Assembly (NCBI GenBank): GCA_015232565.1
Contig: JADFZK010000011.1
Span: 358-64,357, forward strand
Reading direction: 5' to 3'
DNA: 64,000 nt
From: Candidatus Omnitrophota bacterium
GTDB taxonomy: Bacteria; Omnitrophota; Gorgyraeia; Zapsychrales; Fredricksoniimonadaceae
The notes beneath the pieces were generated by a model that worked only from the letters and a program-made list of their open reading frames with translations, was not told the DNA's origin and ran no database searches. The number at the start of each line of letters is the position of its first letter. Positions within the stretch are counted from its first letter, which is position 1. Made by a program: the position numbers and the translations under genes. Of this stretch, positions 14,548 to 25,593 are shown piece after piece.

Positions 14548-17500
14548 TTAGACTGCTTTCTTCTTTGCCGCCTCTAAAGCCAGGCGGAAATCACGCGGAT
14601 AAACCTTAACGAACTGCGGCAAGGTACTGGCCCAGCCATCCAGGAGAGACTTCGCCGTGGTACTGCCGGTATACTGTAAATGGCGCTCGATCATGGTCTT
14701 TAATTCCGCCACATCCTGCTCTTCCTTGACCGGGAACAATTCCACCATGCCCATATTGCACAACTTGCCAAACTTGCCGTCGGGATCCCAAACATAGGCA
14801 ATACCGCCCGACATACCCGCCGCAAAATTGCGCCCCGTACTGCCCAGGACCACCACCCGGCCGCCGGTCATATATTCACAACCATGATCGCCCACACCTT
14901 CCACGACCGCCAAACCACCCGAATTGCGCACCGCAAAACGCTCGCCGGCCACTCCACGGAAATAAGCTTCGCCGCAAATAGCCCCGTAAAGCACCACATT
15001 GCCAGCCAGGATATTCTCGGCGGCCACCAGCGTGGATTTGCTAGCAGGATACACTATAATACGCCCGCCCGACAATCCCTTACCCACATAATCGTTGGCA
15101 TCGCCTGCCAGCTCGAAGGTGACTCCTTTGGAAAGAAAGGCCCCGAAACTCTGCCCGGCCGAACCGCTGAAATCAATGTGGATGGTCTCATCTTTCAACC
15201 CCGCCATGCCATACTTACGGGCAATAGTGGAACTCAACATGGTGCCCACTGTACGATTGACGTTCCGCACCTCGCAGGCAAAGCGGATCGGCGTACCGGT
15301 ATCAATAGCATTATTGCATTTGGCTATAAGCTCATTGTCCAGCGCTTTTTCCAGACCGTGCTCCTGTTTCAGGCAGTGCCGGATCGGAATATTCTTCGGC
15401 ACATCCGCCCGATGCAGGATATTGGCCAGGTCAATGCCCTTTAATTTCCAGTGCCCGATGACTTCTTTCATTTCCAGCATGTCCACCCGGCCGATCATGT
15501 CCTCAAACTTCCGGAAACCCAGCTCGGCCATCAACTCACGAATTTCCTCAGCCACAAAAGTAAAGAAACTCACCACATATTCCGGCTTACCGGCAAAATT
15601 GGCGCGTAAAAGCGGATCCTGGGTAGCAATGCCCACCGAACAAGCATCCAGATGGCATTTGCGCAACATGATACAACCCAGCGTCACCAGCGCTATAGTG
15701 GAAAAACCGAACTCGTCTGCTCCGAGCATGGCGGTAATTACCACATCCCGCCCGGTCTTGAGCTGTCCGTCGGCCTGAACACGAATACGGCCGCGCAGGT
15801 CGTTCATTACCAGCACCTGCTGGGTCTCCGCCAGGCCCAGCTCCATCGGCAGGCCGGCGTGTTTAATTGAAGTCTGCGGCGACGCGCCAGTACCGCCGTC
15901 GTAACCGGAAATAAGCACATGATCGGATTTGCCCTTGGACACCCCGGCCGCCACCGTGCCGACCCCCACTTCGGAAACCAGCTTAACGCTGACATCCGCC
16001 CGCGGATTGGCGTTCTTCAGATCGTGGATCAACTGGGCCAGGTCTTCGATAGAATAAATATCATGGTGCGGCGGCGGCGAGATCAACTGAACGCCCGGGG
16101 TCGTGCCGCGAGTACCGGCGATCTCTTTGGTAACCTTATGGCCCGGCAATTGCCCGCCTTCACCAGGCTTGGCGCCCTGCGCCATCTTGATCTGCATCTG
16201 ATCAGAATTGACCAAATACTCGATATTCACTCCAAACCGTCCCTGCGCCACTTGTTTGATGCGGCTGCGGCGGTAATCTCCATTGGGGTCTTTCTTGAAT
16301 CGACCCGGATCCTCGCCGCCCTCTCCGGTGTTGGAGAATCCGCCCAAGCGGTTCATGGCGATAGCCAAAGTTTCGTGGGCTTCCCGGGAAATAGAACCAT
16401 AACTCATCGCACCGGTAGCAAAACGCTTGACGATCTCGCTGGCCGGTTCGACCTCCGCAATTGGCACCGCCTGGCCCTTCTTAAACTGCATAAGGCCGCG
16501 AATATTAGCCACGGCCCGCCCCGTTTCATTAACGGTACGGGAAAACTTCTTGAACAACTGATAATCGTTGGCGCGCACCGCCTGCTGTAAAGTAGCAATG
16601 ACCTCGGGATTGATCTGGTGGAACTCACCGTCCTTGCGCCAGTGGTACCAACCGCCCTCATCGAGCAGTTCGTCGACCGGCCCAAATTCCGGATAAGCCG
16701 CGGTATGGCGGCGCAAAGTTTCCTCGGCCACGGTCCCGATCTCGATCCCGCCGATGCGCGAAGGCGTGGCGGTAAAATACCTCTCTATTAATTCTTTCCC
16801 CAGGCCCACCGCTTCAAAGATCTGGGCGCCGCAATACGACTGAATAGTCGAAATGCCCATCTTGGAAATAACCTTGAACAAACCCTTGCGCGTCGCCTTG
16901 ATGTAATTCTTCTCGGCGTGATGATAATCCAGGCCGGGGCCTTTAAAATTCCCTTTGGCCACTTCGCTCTCAATGGTTTCCAAAGCCAGGTAAGGATTGA
17001 TCGCATTCGCCCCGTAACCAATCAGGACCGCAAAATGATGCATTTCCCGCGCCTCACCGGTTTCCAATACAATAGAAACCTTGGTGCGCGCACCTTTACG
17101 GATCAAATGATGATGCAAACCGGCACAAGCCAGCAAGGACGGTATGGCCACATTGCGGGCGCTCATTTCCCGGTCGGACAAGACCAGAATGTTCACTCCT
17201 TCGCTCACCGCTTTATCCACCCGGGCAAACAACATGTCCAAAGCTTTGGCCAGGCCAGCCACCCCTTCCGCTTTAGGGAAGACGATCGGCAAAGTAGCGC
17301 TTTTAAGGCCAGTCAAATTAACGTGCGCAACTTGCTCCAGTTCCCGGTTGGTGAGGATCGGGCGGGCCAGCCGCAAACGACGGGCATGCTCCGGCGTTTC
17401 CGCCAGGATATTGCCTTCCGAACCCAGGTACACATTCTCCGCCATCACGATCTCTTCGCGAATAGCATCCACCGGCGGATTGGTAACCTGGGCAAAAAGC

Positions 17501-19065
17501 TGTTTGAAATAATTAAACAAAAGCTGGGGCCGCAAGGAGAGCACCGCGACCGGATTATCGGCGCCCATGGAACCCGTGGCTTCTTCACTATTCTCGACCA
17601 TCGCCTTAAGGACGATCTTCAGGTCTTCCTGGGTGTACCCGAAAGCGCGCTGGCGCTCCAGCAAAGTCTTTTCGTTCAGCCCGCTGACCTTTTTAGGCTC
17701 CGGCAGGTTCTTCACATCAACAATATTGTCCTTCAGCCACTGGCCATACGGCTGGCGGCGGGCATAAGTCTCTTTTATCTCCCGGTCATCAATAATACGT
17801 CCAACCTGGGTATCGATCAGGAACATCTTGCCCGGCTGCAGACGGCCTTTCTTTGCGACCCGCTCCGGAGCAATGGGCAAAACACCCGTCTCGGAAGCCA
17901 TCACAACCAGCCCGTCTTTGGTGATCGTATATCTGGACGGACGCAAACCGTTACGATCCAGAACCGCGCCGATATAACGGCCATCGGTGAAAGCTATGCA
18001 GGCCGGGCCATCCCACGGCTCCATTAAAAGGGAATGATATTCATAAAAAGCCCGTTTCTCCTCGCTGATGGCCTCGTCGCCCACCCAGGCCTCGGGCACC
18101 ATCATCAACACGGCATGCGGCAGGGAACGGCCGGCCATTACCAACAGCTCCAGCGCATTGTCAAAAGAAGCCGAGTCGCTCCCGAAGGGGCCGACGATCG
18201 GATAGATCTTCTTGACATCCTTGCCAAAAAGGTCGTTAGCCATTTGCGCTTCCCGCGCGCGCATCCAGTTCAAATTCCCGCGCAGGGTATTGATCTCGCC
18301 GTTATGGGCCATCATGCGGTACGGATGCGCCAAAGACCAGGTCGGAAAAGTATTGGTACTGTAGCGCGAATGGACCAGCGCCAGGGCTGAAGTCATGTCG
18401 GGATCGGCCAGGTCGGCAAAGAACGGACCCAGCTGTTCGGCCATGAACTGGCCTTTATAAACCAGCGTTTGCGACGACAGGCTGCAAACGTAAAAATAAC
18501 TGCGGTCATGCACGGTGGAAGTGTGCACCTTGGTCCAACAGCGCTTGCGCAGAACGTAAAGCTTACGCTCAAACTCTTCCGGCTTCGTATCCACGCCGCG
18601 GCCAATGAACAACTGCCGCAGTTCCGGCTGTACCGAATGCGCCACCCGGCCCACATGCCGATCATCATGCGGAATAACGCGCCAGCCCAAAAACTGCTGG
18701 CCTTCCTCACGGATGATCTGCTCCACCCACTCCTCGATAATATTACACGACTGAGTTTCGCCGGGCAAAAACACCAGCCCGCAGGCATAGTCTCCGGCCG
18801 CCGGCAACTCAAAACCTTCCGCCTTGGCCGCCTTGCGCAGGAACTGGTCGGGCATCTGCAGTAAAATACCCGCGCCATCCCCAGTTAAAGGATCACACCC
18901 GCAAGCGCCGCGGTGCGACAGGTTCTCCAGGACCTGAAGGCCCTGCCGGACGATATCATGCGACTTGCGCCCCTGGATGTCTGCCACAAAGCCGACACCG
19001 CAAGCGTCATGTTCGAATTGGGGGTCGTAAAGCCCCTGTTTGGACGGTAAGCCACTAATGTTCAT
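14548..19065 (-). CDS. gltB: Glutamate synthase large subunit
   Basis: EHDACGVGF, HSRYSTNTFP, QGAKPGEGGQLPG, GXGXG C-terminal domain. Confidence 0.99.
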   Translation of the reverse strand: MNISGLPSKQGLYDPQFEHDACGVGFVADIQGRKSHDIVRQGLQVLENLSHRGACGCDPLTGDGAGILLQMPDQFLRKAAKAEGFELPAAGDYACGLVFLPGETQSCNIIEEWVEQIIREEGQQFLGWRVIPHDDRHVGRVAHSVQPELRQLFIGRGVDTKPEEFERKLYVLRKRCWTKVHTSTVHDRSYFYVCSLSSQTLVYKGQFMAEQLGPFFADLADPDMTSALALVHSRYSTNTFPTWSLAHPYRMMAHNGEINTLRGNLNWMRAREAQMANDLFGKDVKKIYPIVGPFGSDSASFDNALELLVMAGRSLPHAVLMMVPEAWVGDEAISEEKRAFYEYHSLLMEPWDGPACIAFTDGRYIGAVLDRNGLRPSRYTITKDGLVVMASETGVLPIAPERVAKKGRLQPGKMFLIDTQVGRIIDDREIKETYARRQPYGQWLKDNIVDVKNLPEPKKVSGLNEKTLLERQRAFGYTQEDLKIVLKAMVENSEEATGSMGADNPVAVLSLRPQLLFNYFKQLFAQVTNPPVDAIREEIVMAENVYLGSEGNILAETPEHARRLRLARPILTNRELEQVAHVNLTGLKSATLPIVFPKAEGVAGLAKALDMLFARVDKAVSEGVNILVLSDREMSARNVAIPSLLACAGLHHHLIRKGARTKVSIVLETGEAREMHHFAVLIGYGANAINPYLALETIESEVAKGNFKGPGLDYHHAEKNYIKATRKGLFKVISKMGISTIQSYCGAQIFEAVGLGKELIERYFTATPSRIGGIEIGTVAEETLRRHTAAYPEFGPVDELLDEGGWYHWRKDGEFHQINPEVIATLQQAVRANDYQLFKKFSRTVNETGRAVANIRGLMQFKKGQAVPIAEVEPASEIVKRFATGAMSYGSISREAHETLAIAMNRLGGFSNTGEGGEDPGRFKKDPNGDYRRSRIKQVAQGRFGVNIEYLVNSDQMQIKMAQGAKPGEGGQLPGHKVTKEIAGTRGTTPGVQLISPPPHHDIYSIEDLAQLIHDLKNANPRADVSVKLVSEVGVGTVAAGVSKGKSDHVLISGYDGGTGASPQTSIKHAGLPMELGLAETQQVLVMNDLRGRIRVQADGQLKTGRDVVITAMLGADEFGFSTIALVTLGCIMLRKCHLDACSVGIATQDPLLRANFAGKPEYVVSFFTFVAEEIRELMAELGFRKFEDMIGRVDMLEMKEVIGHWKLKGIDLANILHRADVPKNIPIRHCLKQEHGLEKALDNELIAKCNNAIDTGTPIRFACEVRNVNRTVGTMLSSTIARKYGMAGLKDETIHIDFSGSAGQSFGAFLSKGVTFELAGDANDYVGKGLSGGRIIVYPASKSTLVAAENILAGNVVLYGAICGEAYFRGVAGERFAVRNSGGLAVVEGVGDHGCEYMTGGRVVVLGSTGRNFAAGMSGGIAYVWDPDGKFGKLCNMGMVELFPVKEEQDVAELKTMIERHLQYTGSTTAKSLLDGWASTLPQFVKVYPRDFRLALEAAKKKAV

Positions 19066-19107
19066 GGGAAGAACTCCAAAAGTTAAGGATGCTCAAAGGG
19101 GGTTATT

Positions 19108-19857
19108 TTAAGTCCGCGGCCGGGCAAAAGCAACTGTTTTTTCGAGGGGCCGTTTACGTGCGATCAGGATCAATGACTGGCCAAAAGGCGGCGGGCAAAA
19201 GCTTTCCATTGCGCGCAGGAACGGCACGATCCGGTCCAGCGCCGCGCACGTTACGGGATCGAATCTTTGCTGACGCAAAATTCTGCCAGCGATAAACCAG
19301 GAAAAAACGCCCAGAGCATTCATGTAATATGCCCGCTCCACCTGCAAGCCGGCGGCCACCATCTTTTGCCCCAATTCCCTCCGGGTATAACGGCGCACAT
19401 GCCCCACCATATTGTCCAGGGAGCCGTGAATGGCCGGCAGAGCCGGAACCATGATCAACAAACGCCCTCCCGGAGCCAGAATGCGCGTCATATTGCCAAT
19501 TGCTGCCACATCATCGTCAATGTGCTCAAGAACATTCAACGCAATGACCGTATCCGGCAAATGCTCCTGGATAATGGTCGATCTCTCCAAAGCTGAAATA
19601 TCGGCCAACGGTAAAACCTCGTAACGCGGCTTACGACCGGCAAAACGTTTTTGCAGGAAGGCGGCCATTTCCGGGGCATGATCTGACAGGATGATCCTGT
19701 CTACCGACGGCAGATCATACAGCTCGGCCATATCGCCGCGGCCACTGCCCACATCGAAAACCACGCCGGATAAATACGGCCGAAAATGCGCCATGACCCA
19801 TTGATTATACCGGTCCGCCCGGGCCACAACCTCCAAAGTCGCAAACAGTTCACTCAT
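19108..19857 (-). CDS. Class I SAM-dependent methyltransferase
   Basis: DVGSGRG motif I, NVLEHI, GHVRRY. Start moved to ATG at 19857. Confidence 0.85.
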   Translation of the reverse strand: MSELFATLEVVARADRYNQWVMAHFRPYLSGVVFDVGSGRGDMAELYDLPSVDRIILSDHAPEMAAFLQKRFAGRKPRYEVLPLADISALERSTIIQEHLPDTVIALNVLEHIDDDVAAIGNMTRILAPGGRLLIMVPALPAIHGSLDNMVGHVRRYTRRELGQKMVAAGLQVERAYYMNALGVFSWFIAGRILRQQRFDPVTCAALDRIVPFLRAMESFCPPPFGQSLILIARKRPLEKTVAFARPRT

Positions 19858-20057
19858 TTTACGCCCGCCCCGGCACTGGAGATATTTCTGTTTATAAAAT
19901 ACAGCCCACAATCCTTAGCATTCCCCAACCTTAAAATATAATCGACCACTGCAAACCACACTGGTGCGTAACCAGAAATATTTCTTTACTGTAACAAAAT
20001 GTTATATAGGATGCTTTTTGTGTCAATCAACCCTTATAACAACAGCCAACAGATTGT

Positions 20058-20756
20058 TTGATGAAGATTTCTATCCTTATCCCCGTTTTTAATGAGTCAG
20101 CTACAATCTTAGCGCTTATCGACAAAGTGCTGGCCGCCGATCTACCCGCTGGGATAACCCGGGAAATACTGGTTATAAATGACGGCTCACGGGATCAAAC
20201 ATCCTCTCTGCTCAAATCCCTGACAGAAAATCCGCTAATCCGCCGCTTTGACCACCCGGTCAACCTTGGAAAAACTGCGGCTATCAGAACAGGTTTCCAA
20301 CATGCCGTTGGCGATATCATCATCATTCAAGATGCCGACCTGGAATACGACCCCTGCCAATATTCTTTATTGCTAGACCCGATACTGACCAGGAACAAAT
20401 CCATTGTTTACGGATCACGGCTAATGCGCAAATCAAACAAAATATACGCCATTAATTATTTAGCCAACAGAGCGGCGGTCATTACACTCAACTGGCTATT
20501 CAAAACACAATTGACCGATTTTCACACAGGATTCAAAGTGTTTAAAAGAAGCCTGCTTGAAGGCATAATCCTGACTTCTGAAAACTTTTCATTTGATACA
20601 GAATTAACCGCAAAATTTCTGGCCAAAGGGCTGGAGATCCACGAAGTGCCCATCGATTATGTACCCCGCACAAAGAAACAAGGCAAAAAGATCACCTGGG
20701 GACAAGCTTTCGAAACATATCTTGTTCTGTTCAAATGCCGCTTTACCCAAAGATAA
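20058..20756 (+). CDS. GT2 polyprenol-phosphate glycosyltransferase (DPM1-like)
   Basis: [31 protein letters not shown]. Confidence 0.92.
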   Translation: MMKISILIPVFNESATILALIDKVLAADLPAGITREILVINDGSRDQTSSLLKSLTENPLIRRFDHPVNLGKTAAIRTGFQHAVGDIIIIQDADLEYDPCQYSLLLDPILTRNKSIVYGSRLMRKSNKIYAINYLANRAAVITLNWLFKTQLTDFHTGFKVFKRSLLEGIILTSENFSFDTELTAKFLAKGLEIHEVPIDYVPRTKKQGKKITWGQAFETYLVLFKCRFTQR

Positions 20757-21783
20757 AAGCACCCAAGTTCCCAACAATGGTCGGATACGCTTCGCAGGGA
20801 GCCCAACAGCGCGGACAATCCATATTCTCGATCTGCTTCTTTAACGACTGCACCTCAGGATGCGCAATGATCCTGCCAATATCATAATCATTATCGCTTA
20901 ATTTACCTATGGGCCGATCATAAAACAAACAAGGAAACACCATGCCATACGCATCCACAAAAACACTGCCATGCAAAGCCTGACAGACAAAAGGGATCTT
21001 TTCACCTTTCCAGTGTTTATCCAAATAACGCATATATCTGTCTTCCAGAAAGCCTTTAAACGAGAACGCCTTCTTAAAACTTCGTAAAGATGCCCGAAGA
21101 TGCTTCAGATCCACCCCTTCGCACCCTTTTGCTCCCATGGCCTGATTGCCATAATAATGCCCGGAAACATGATAAAAGTTAAAGTGCAAGTCGTCGGCCG
21201 TAAAACCAGGAAGATCTTTTTTAAGGCCAACAATGAATTCCTCCACATATTCAAAGTTCAAAGCTGAAATGGTACAAGAAATTGAAACCCGGCCTTTCTT
21301 AAGGCGCTTCACAGCCTTAAATGTTTCGATACCGCGCGCATATGAGCCCTGGTGCCCGCGCAATTGATCATGAACACCTTCGGGACCATCAAGGCTTATT
21401 GAGATCATCGGACTTTGCCTGAGCCGAATTATCTCCTGCGCCACTTTGACCATTCGATCAGGAAACATCCCATTGGTCGTCATATGAAGGATCTTTAAAT
21501 TCTTAGACTGCCCTATAATTACCCGAACAACATCGATCAAGTCTTCTCTCAAGGTAAGTTCGCCACCCGTAAGATCCAACCAGCTCAAATTGGGCAATTT
21601 CCGAAACATCCTTTCTATTTCACCAACCGACAGCTCTGATCGCAAAGGCATTTTCCAAATAGAACAGATCTTACATTTCAAATTACACCTGAAAGTCAGG
21701 CAAAAAAGCAACTTTGCCACCGACTTCAACTGCCGGGCGTTTGCTCGATACACATTCTTCAAAAAAGTCAGGTTTTTACCCAT
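20743..21783 (-). CDS. Radical SAM protein with C-terminal SPASM/twitch-like Cys domain
   Basis: CNLKCKIC (CxxxCxxC), TGGE, SLDG, C-terminal CPRCWAPC. Confidence 0.88.
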   Translation of the reverse strand: MGKNLTFLKNVYRANARQLKSVAKLLFCLTFRCNLKCKICSIWKMPLRSELSVGEIERMFRKLPNLSWLDLTGGELTLREDLIDVVRVIIGQSKNLKILHMTTNGMFPDRMVKVAQEIIRLRQSPMISISLDGPEGVHDQLRGHQGSYARGIETFKAVKRLKKGRVSISCTISALNFEYVEEFIVGLKKDLPGFTADDLHFNFYHVSGHYYGNQAMGAKGCEGVDLKHLRASLRSFKKAFSFKGFLEDRYMRYLDKHWKGEKIPFVCQALHGSVFVDAYGMVFPCLFYDRPIGKLSDNDYDIGRIIAHPEVQSLKKQIENMDCPRCWAPCEAYPTIVGNLGAFIFG

Positions 21784-21812
21784 AGCCCTGTAAAATCGAT
21801 TAGTTAGTCCCG

Positions 21813-23690
21813 TCAGTTATTGCGTTTAGGATCAAGATAAAGCCTAAAGCCCTTTATTTCAGCCGCCTTAATGAACTGCCGACCATTAAAAACGTCTGCT
21901 CCGGAAATGTTTTCTCCCCCCAGGTCAATTACCGCACAAGGCGTGAATTCTCCCAAAGGATACCCGAGCGCCGAAACCGGCCCCACCACATTAACATGTT
22001 CTACCCGAACATCCGGCCCCAACAGAGCCTGCCAAGTATACTCCCACGCATCCGACCCTAAAATGATACCAACATTGCGGCACCCCATCCCGTTCAATGA
22101 CTCGGACACCTGATCAACCAATGAATATTCCCCGGGATGTTTTGCAAAATAATTCTGTGTGCGACTAAAGCGGAGCAAGCTTTTCTCGGATAACAAGCGC
22201 CGTGTATTGTTTAATACCAAAGGCTGTATGGCCACCAGGAACGCTACCAAGACAGCTCCAATGAGTAATTTGCGCGAAGCGGCCTTCTCAAATACCACCG
22301 CCACTAGCGGCATAGCCATTATAAAAAGCGGCAAGTGTAACCGGCTTATAAAAGGGTTCCATTGAGCCAAAATACAAAACATCAAAGTCTGACATAATCC
22401 TGTCATAACAAAAAACCATAAAACACGCTCTTTATTCCGCACTCGCCAAAACAATGCCCCCGCAATAACGACCAAAAACATATGAAAAGAATTTGGCATA
22501 TAATCTTCATCCAGATAATACCACAAACGCAAAGGCGCTCCCTCTGCTGGAATATTACACACCTTATCCCACTGCAAAACGACACTCTCAATAAAACGAT
22601 TCCACTCTTTCCCAGGCAACGCAAGCTGCGTTGCCGCATTCTTCAAAACATTTGAAACTATTTCCACGCCTCCCACTCGCACCATTGCGGCGTCGCCGCC
22701 TTTTTTCATGGCGACAATGACATTTTTATCCACCTGCGTCAGTCGACACAAGAATGAACCATTAATGATCCCCACCATAAACAACGTTAAAATTAACAAC
22801 CACGCTTTACGGCGAATTCCAACTCCAGAAGAAAACATCACTACCAAAACCGCAGTAACAGCCAAAAACCAACCCGAACCTTTGGTAAAAGCTGCCAAGC
22901 CCGCTCCTGCCGCGGTAAGCCAAAGCCACCTGCCTTGCCCGCTTAATAATACCTTCAATGCAAAACAGGCCGTACACAATACCAAGAAAGCAACCACGTA
23001 ATCATTCTGGGTACTTGAACCCTGCAGTATGCCCATAGGCAGGGTCAATGCCAACAAGGCCGCCGTAATCTGCCCTAAACGCGACGCTCCTAGCAAACCA
23101 GCGGCCAAAGACACTCCCAAAGCCGAACACACCATTGCCGACCATTGCACCATATTGGCGCATCGATCCCCTCCGCTCAATATCTGCAAATGCAGAATAA
23201 TATATTCAGCAAAAGGCAAATACACCAACTGTCGAATAATGTTCGTAGGATAATTCATGACACTGCTATTCTGCCGCCAATGGCCCACGCGCGCCATGTG
23301 ATAGGTCATCGAATCCCAGGTATTCGGCGGCGCATACAAAGCAATAAATCCCACCACCAGCACAATGAAGGCGGCCATACTCAAAAGGACTTTTTCAATC
23401 CAGGTTAAGGACCAACACGGCCATGACCAACGGCCAACGGAAGCAATACGCGCAATCATAAAACTTATGGCCACCACCAGCAAAGACCAGAACGTTAACA
23501 GGGAGAAGAAATTGATCTGCCGGATAGGAGAAAGCGCTTCGGTGGAAAAAACGATAAGAACGCCGCTGATCACATTGGCCGCCAGCAAAGCCTCGCGCGC
23601 TTCCAACCCGCGCAAGGTCAGCCAACGCCATAATAATAAGATAAAAACCAGCGGCAAAAACGCAAAAACTATCATAAACCCAAATTCCAT
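21813..23690 (-). CDS. Multi-TM GT-C fold glycosyltransferase (ArnT/PMT-like), paralogue B
   Basis: PPNTWDSMTYH, STQND, TK motif, many TM helices. Confidence 0.75.
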   Translation of the reverse strand: MEFGFMIVFAFLPLVFILLLWRWLTLRGLEAREALLAANVISGVLIVFSTEALSPIRQINFFSLLTFWSLLVVAISFMIARIASVGRWSWPCWSLTWIEKVLLSMAAFIVLVVGFIALYAPPNTWDSMTYHMARVGHWRQNSSVMNYPTNIIRQLVYLPFAEYIILHLQILSGGDRCANMVQWSAMVCSALGVSLAAGLLGASRLGQITAALLALTLPMGILQGSSTQNDYVVAFLVLCTACFALKVLLSGQGRWLWLTAAGAGLAAFTKGSGWFLAVTAVLVVMFSSGVGIRRKAWLLILTLFMVGIINGSFLCRLTQVDKNVIVAMKKGGDAAMVRVGGVEIVSNVLKNAATQLALPGKEWNRFIESVVLQWDKVCNIPAEGAPLRLWYYLDEDYMPNSFHMFLVVIAGALFWRVRNKERVLWFFVMTGLCQTLMFCILAQWNPFISRLHLPLFIMAMPLVAVVFEKAASRKLLIGAVLVAFLVAIQPLVLNNTRRLLSEKSLLRFSRTQNYFAKHPGEYSLVDQVSESLNGMGCRNVGIILGSDAWEYTWQALLGPDVRVEHVNVVGPVSALGYPLGEFTPCAVIDLGGENISGADVFNGRQFIKAAEIKGFRLYLDPKRNN

Positions 23691-23697
23691 TTTAATC

Positions 23698-25590
23698 TTA
23701 AAATGCTATCTGTCGCGAAAGAGCAGAGTTCACATAAAGCGCAAACTCTGCCACTTCACCCGCCTTAATGAAAGATATACCCTGAAAAACCACCTCCCGC
23801 ACCCTGTCGGCAGTAGCCATGTCGATAACAGCGCAAGGGGCAAACTCACCCTTTGGGTACGCCCATGCCGCCATCACGCCACCCACACCTACATGCTCAA
23901 CGCGCACCTCAGGACCCAATAAAACCTGCCAGGGATACTCCCACTCATCACTGCCAAGCCTTACGCCGACATCGCGGCATGCCAACTCCCGCAAAGCTTT
24001 GGCCACCGGTGCAACCTTAAAATACCACCCTCGGTCCCTGACAAAATAAAGTTGTTCCCGACTAAACAGGAACATGCTTTTATTTGAAAACAACCGGCGC
24101 GTATTATTCAAGCCCAATGGTTGTGCCGCCGCCAGAAAAGTCACCACCAGAACGCCTATAAAAACCTTTCGTGGCATGCACTTCTCAAATATTACCGCAG
24201 TCAACGGCATCGCCAGGACAAAAAAAGGCAAATGAAAACGCCCGATCCAGGGCTGCCATTGTACCGTTACACAAAACAATAGCGCGCCAATTGCTAATGT
24301 CGCCGCATACCAACGCATTGCGGGAACCTTAAATCCATTGAACCAAAAACCACACGCCGAAATAAGAAACAAAAACAAATGCAAAGGATTAACAGCTACA
24401 TCTTCATCCATTTCATAAGTCACGGAAAAAGATGGCTCCAACTTATTCCCAACCGCAGAAGCATATCCACCAAGCAACGCCTGCCCACTTTTCACACCCG
24501 CGTATACGGCTTTATTCCAATCTTCCAGGGGCAAGGCGGCCTGAACAGCCAAGCTCTTTAACATATTTGCGAGCGTTTCCGCAACCCCCAGCCTTTCCAT
24601 TGAAACCCGTCCACCCGTTTCCATAGCCACTAAAGGATTGCGATCAATATCCAGCAACCTGAAACAGAACGAACCGGCGAACAACATCACCGCGAACACG
24701 CTTAAACCCAGGAACACCGCTTTACGGCGCACAGCCGCTTTGGCGAAGAATAACCATGCCAGCACCACTGCGCCTGCCAACAAAAGGCCCAGGCCTTTGG
24801 TCAAAGCCGCCAGGCCCACACTCGCCGCGGCCAAGCCCAACCACCGGCGCTGAGGACTGCTGAAGGTCTTTAACAAAAAGCACATGGCCGACAAAACCAG
24901 CACCGCCACCACGTAATCGTTCTGGGTGCTGGAACCTTGCAAAATACCCATCGGCAAAGTCAGTGCCAATAAAGCCGCCGCGATCTGCCCCAGGCGCGAA
25001 GCGCCCAGCAAGCCGGCGGCCAAAGACACGCCAAAAGCCGAACACACCATGGCCGACCACTGCACCATATTGGCAAACCGGTCGCCGCCAGTTAAAACCT
25101 GTAAATGCAGGATCACATACTCGGCGAACGGGAACATTACCAGCTGGCGGATGATGTTCGTAGGATAATTCATTACACTGCTGTTCTGCCGCCAATGGCC
25201 CACGCGCGCCATGTGATAGGTCATCGAATCCCAGGTATTCGGCGGCGCATACAAAGCAATAAATCCCACCACCAGCACAATGAAGGCGGCCATACCCAAA
25301 AGGACTTTTTCAATCCAGGTTAAGGACCAACGCGGCCAGGACCAGCGGCCGACGGAAGCAATACGCAAAAGCCTAAAGCTTATGGCCACCACCAGCAGAG
25401 ACCAGAACGTTAACAGCGAGAAGAAATTGATCTGCCGGAAAGGAGAAAGCGCTTCGGTGGAGAAAACGATAAGAACGCCGCTGATCACATTGGCCGCCAG
25501 CAAAGCCTCACGCGCCTCAAAGCCGCGCAAGGTCAGCCAGCGCCACAGCAACCCGGTGAATATTAACGGCAGGACGGCGAATACGAACAT
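23698..25590 (-). CDS. Multi-TM GT-C fold glycosyltransferase (ArnT/PMT-like), paralogue A
   Basis: Same motifs as the neighbouring gene; tandem paralogue. Confidence 0.75.
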   Translation of the reverse strand: MFVFAVLPLIFTGLLWRWLTLRGFEAREALLAANVISGVLIVFSTEALSPFRQINFFSLLTFWSLLVVAISFRLLRIASVGRWSWPRWSLTWIEKVLLGMAAFIVLVVGFIALYAPPNTWDSMTYHMARVGHWRQNSSVMNYPTNIIRQLVMFPFAEYVILHLQVLTGGDRFANMVQWSAMVCSAFGVSLAAGLLGASRLGQIAAALLALTLPMGILQGSSTQNDYVVAVLVLSAMCFLLKTFSSPQRRWLGLAAASVGLAALTKGLGLLLAGAVVLAWLFFAKAAVRRKAVFLGLSVFAVMLFAGSFCFRLLDIDRNPLVAMETGGRVSMERLGVAETLANMLKSLAVQAALPLEDWNKAVYAGVKSGQALLGGYASAVGNKLEPSFSVTYEMDEDVAVNPLHLFLFLISACGFWFNGFKVPAMRWYAATLAIGALLFCVTVQWQPWIGRFHLPFFVLAMPLTAVIFEKCMPRKVFIGVLVVTFLAAAQPLGLNNTRRLFSNKSMFLFSREQLYFVRDRGWYFKVAPVAKALRELACRDVGVRLGSDEWEYPWQVLLGPEVRVEHVGVGGVMAAWAYPKGEFAPCAVIDMATADRVREVVFQGISFIKAGEVAEFALYVNSALSRQIAF

Positions 25591-25593
25591 TAA

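Noticed and set aside
19990-20006. GlnR/TnrA-like box TGTAACAAAATGTTATA
   Set aside because: The match is imperfect, it lies ~900 bp from gltB ahead of unrelated genes, and no cognate regulator is seen.
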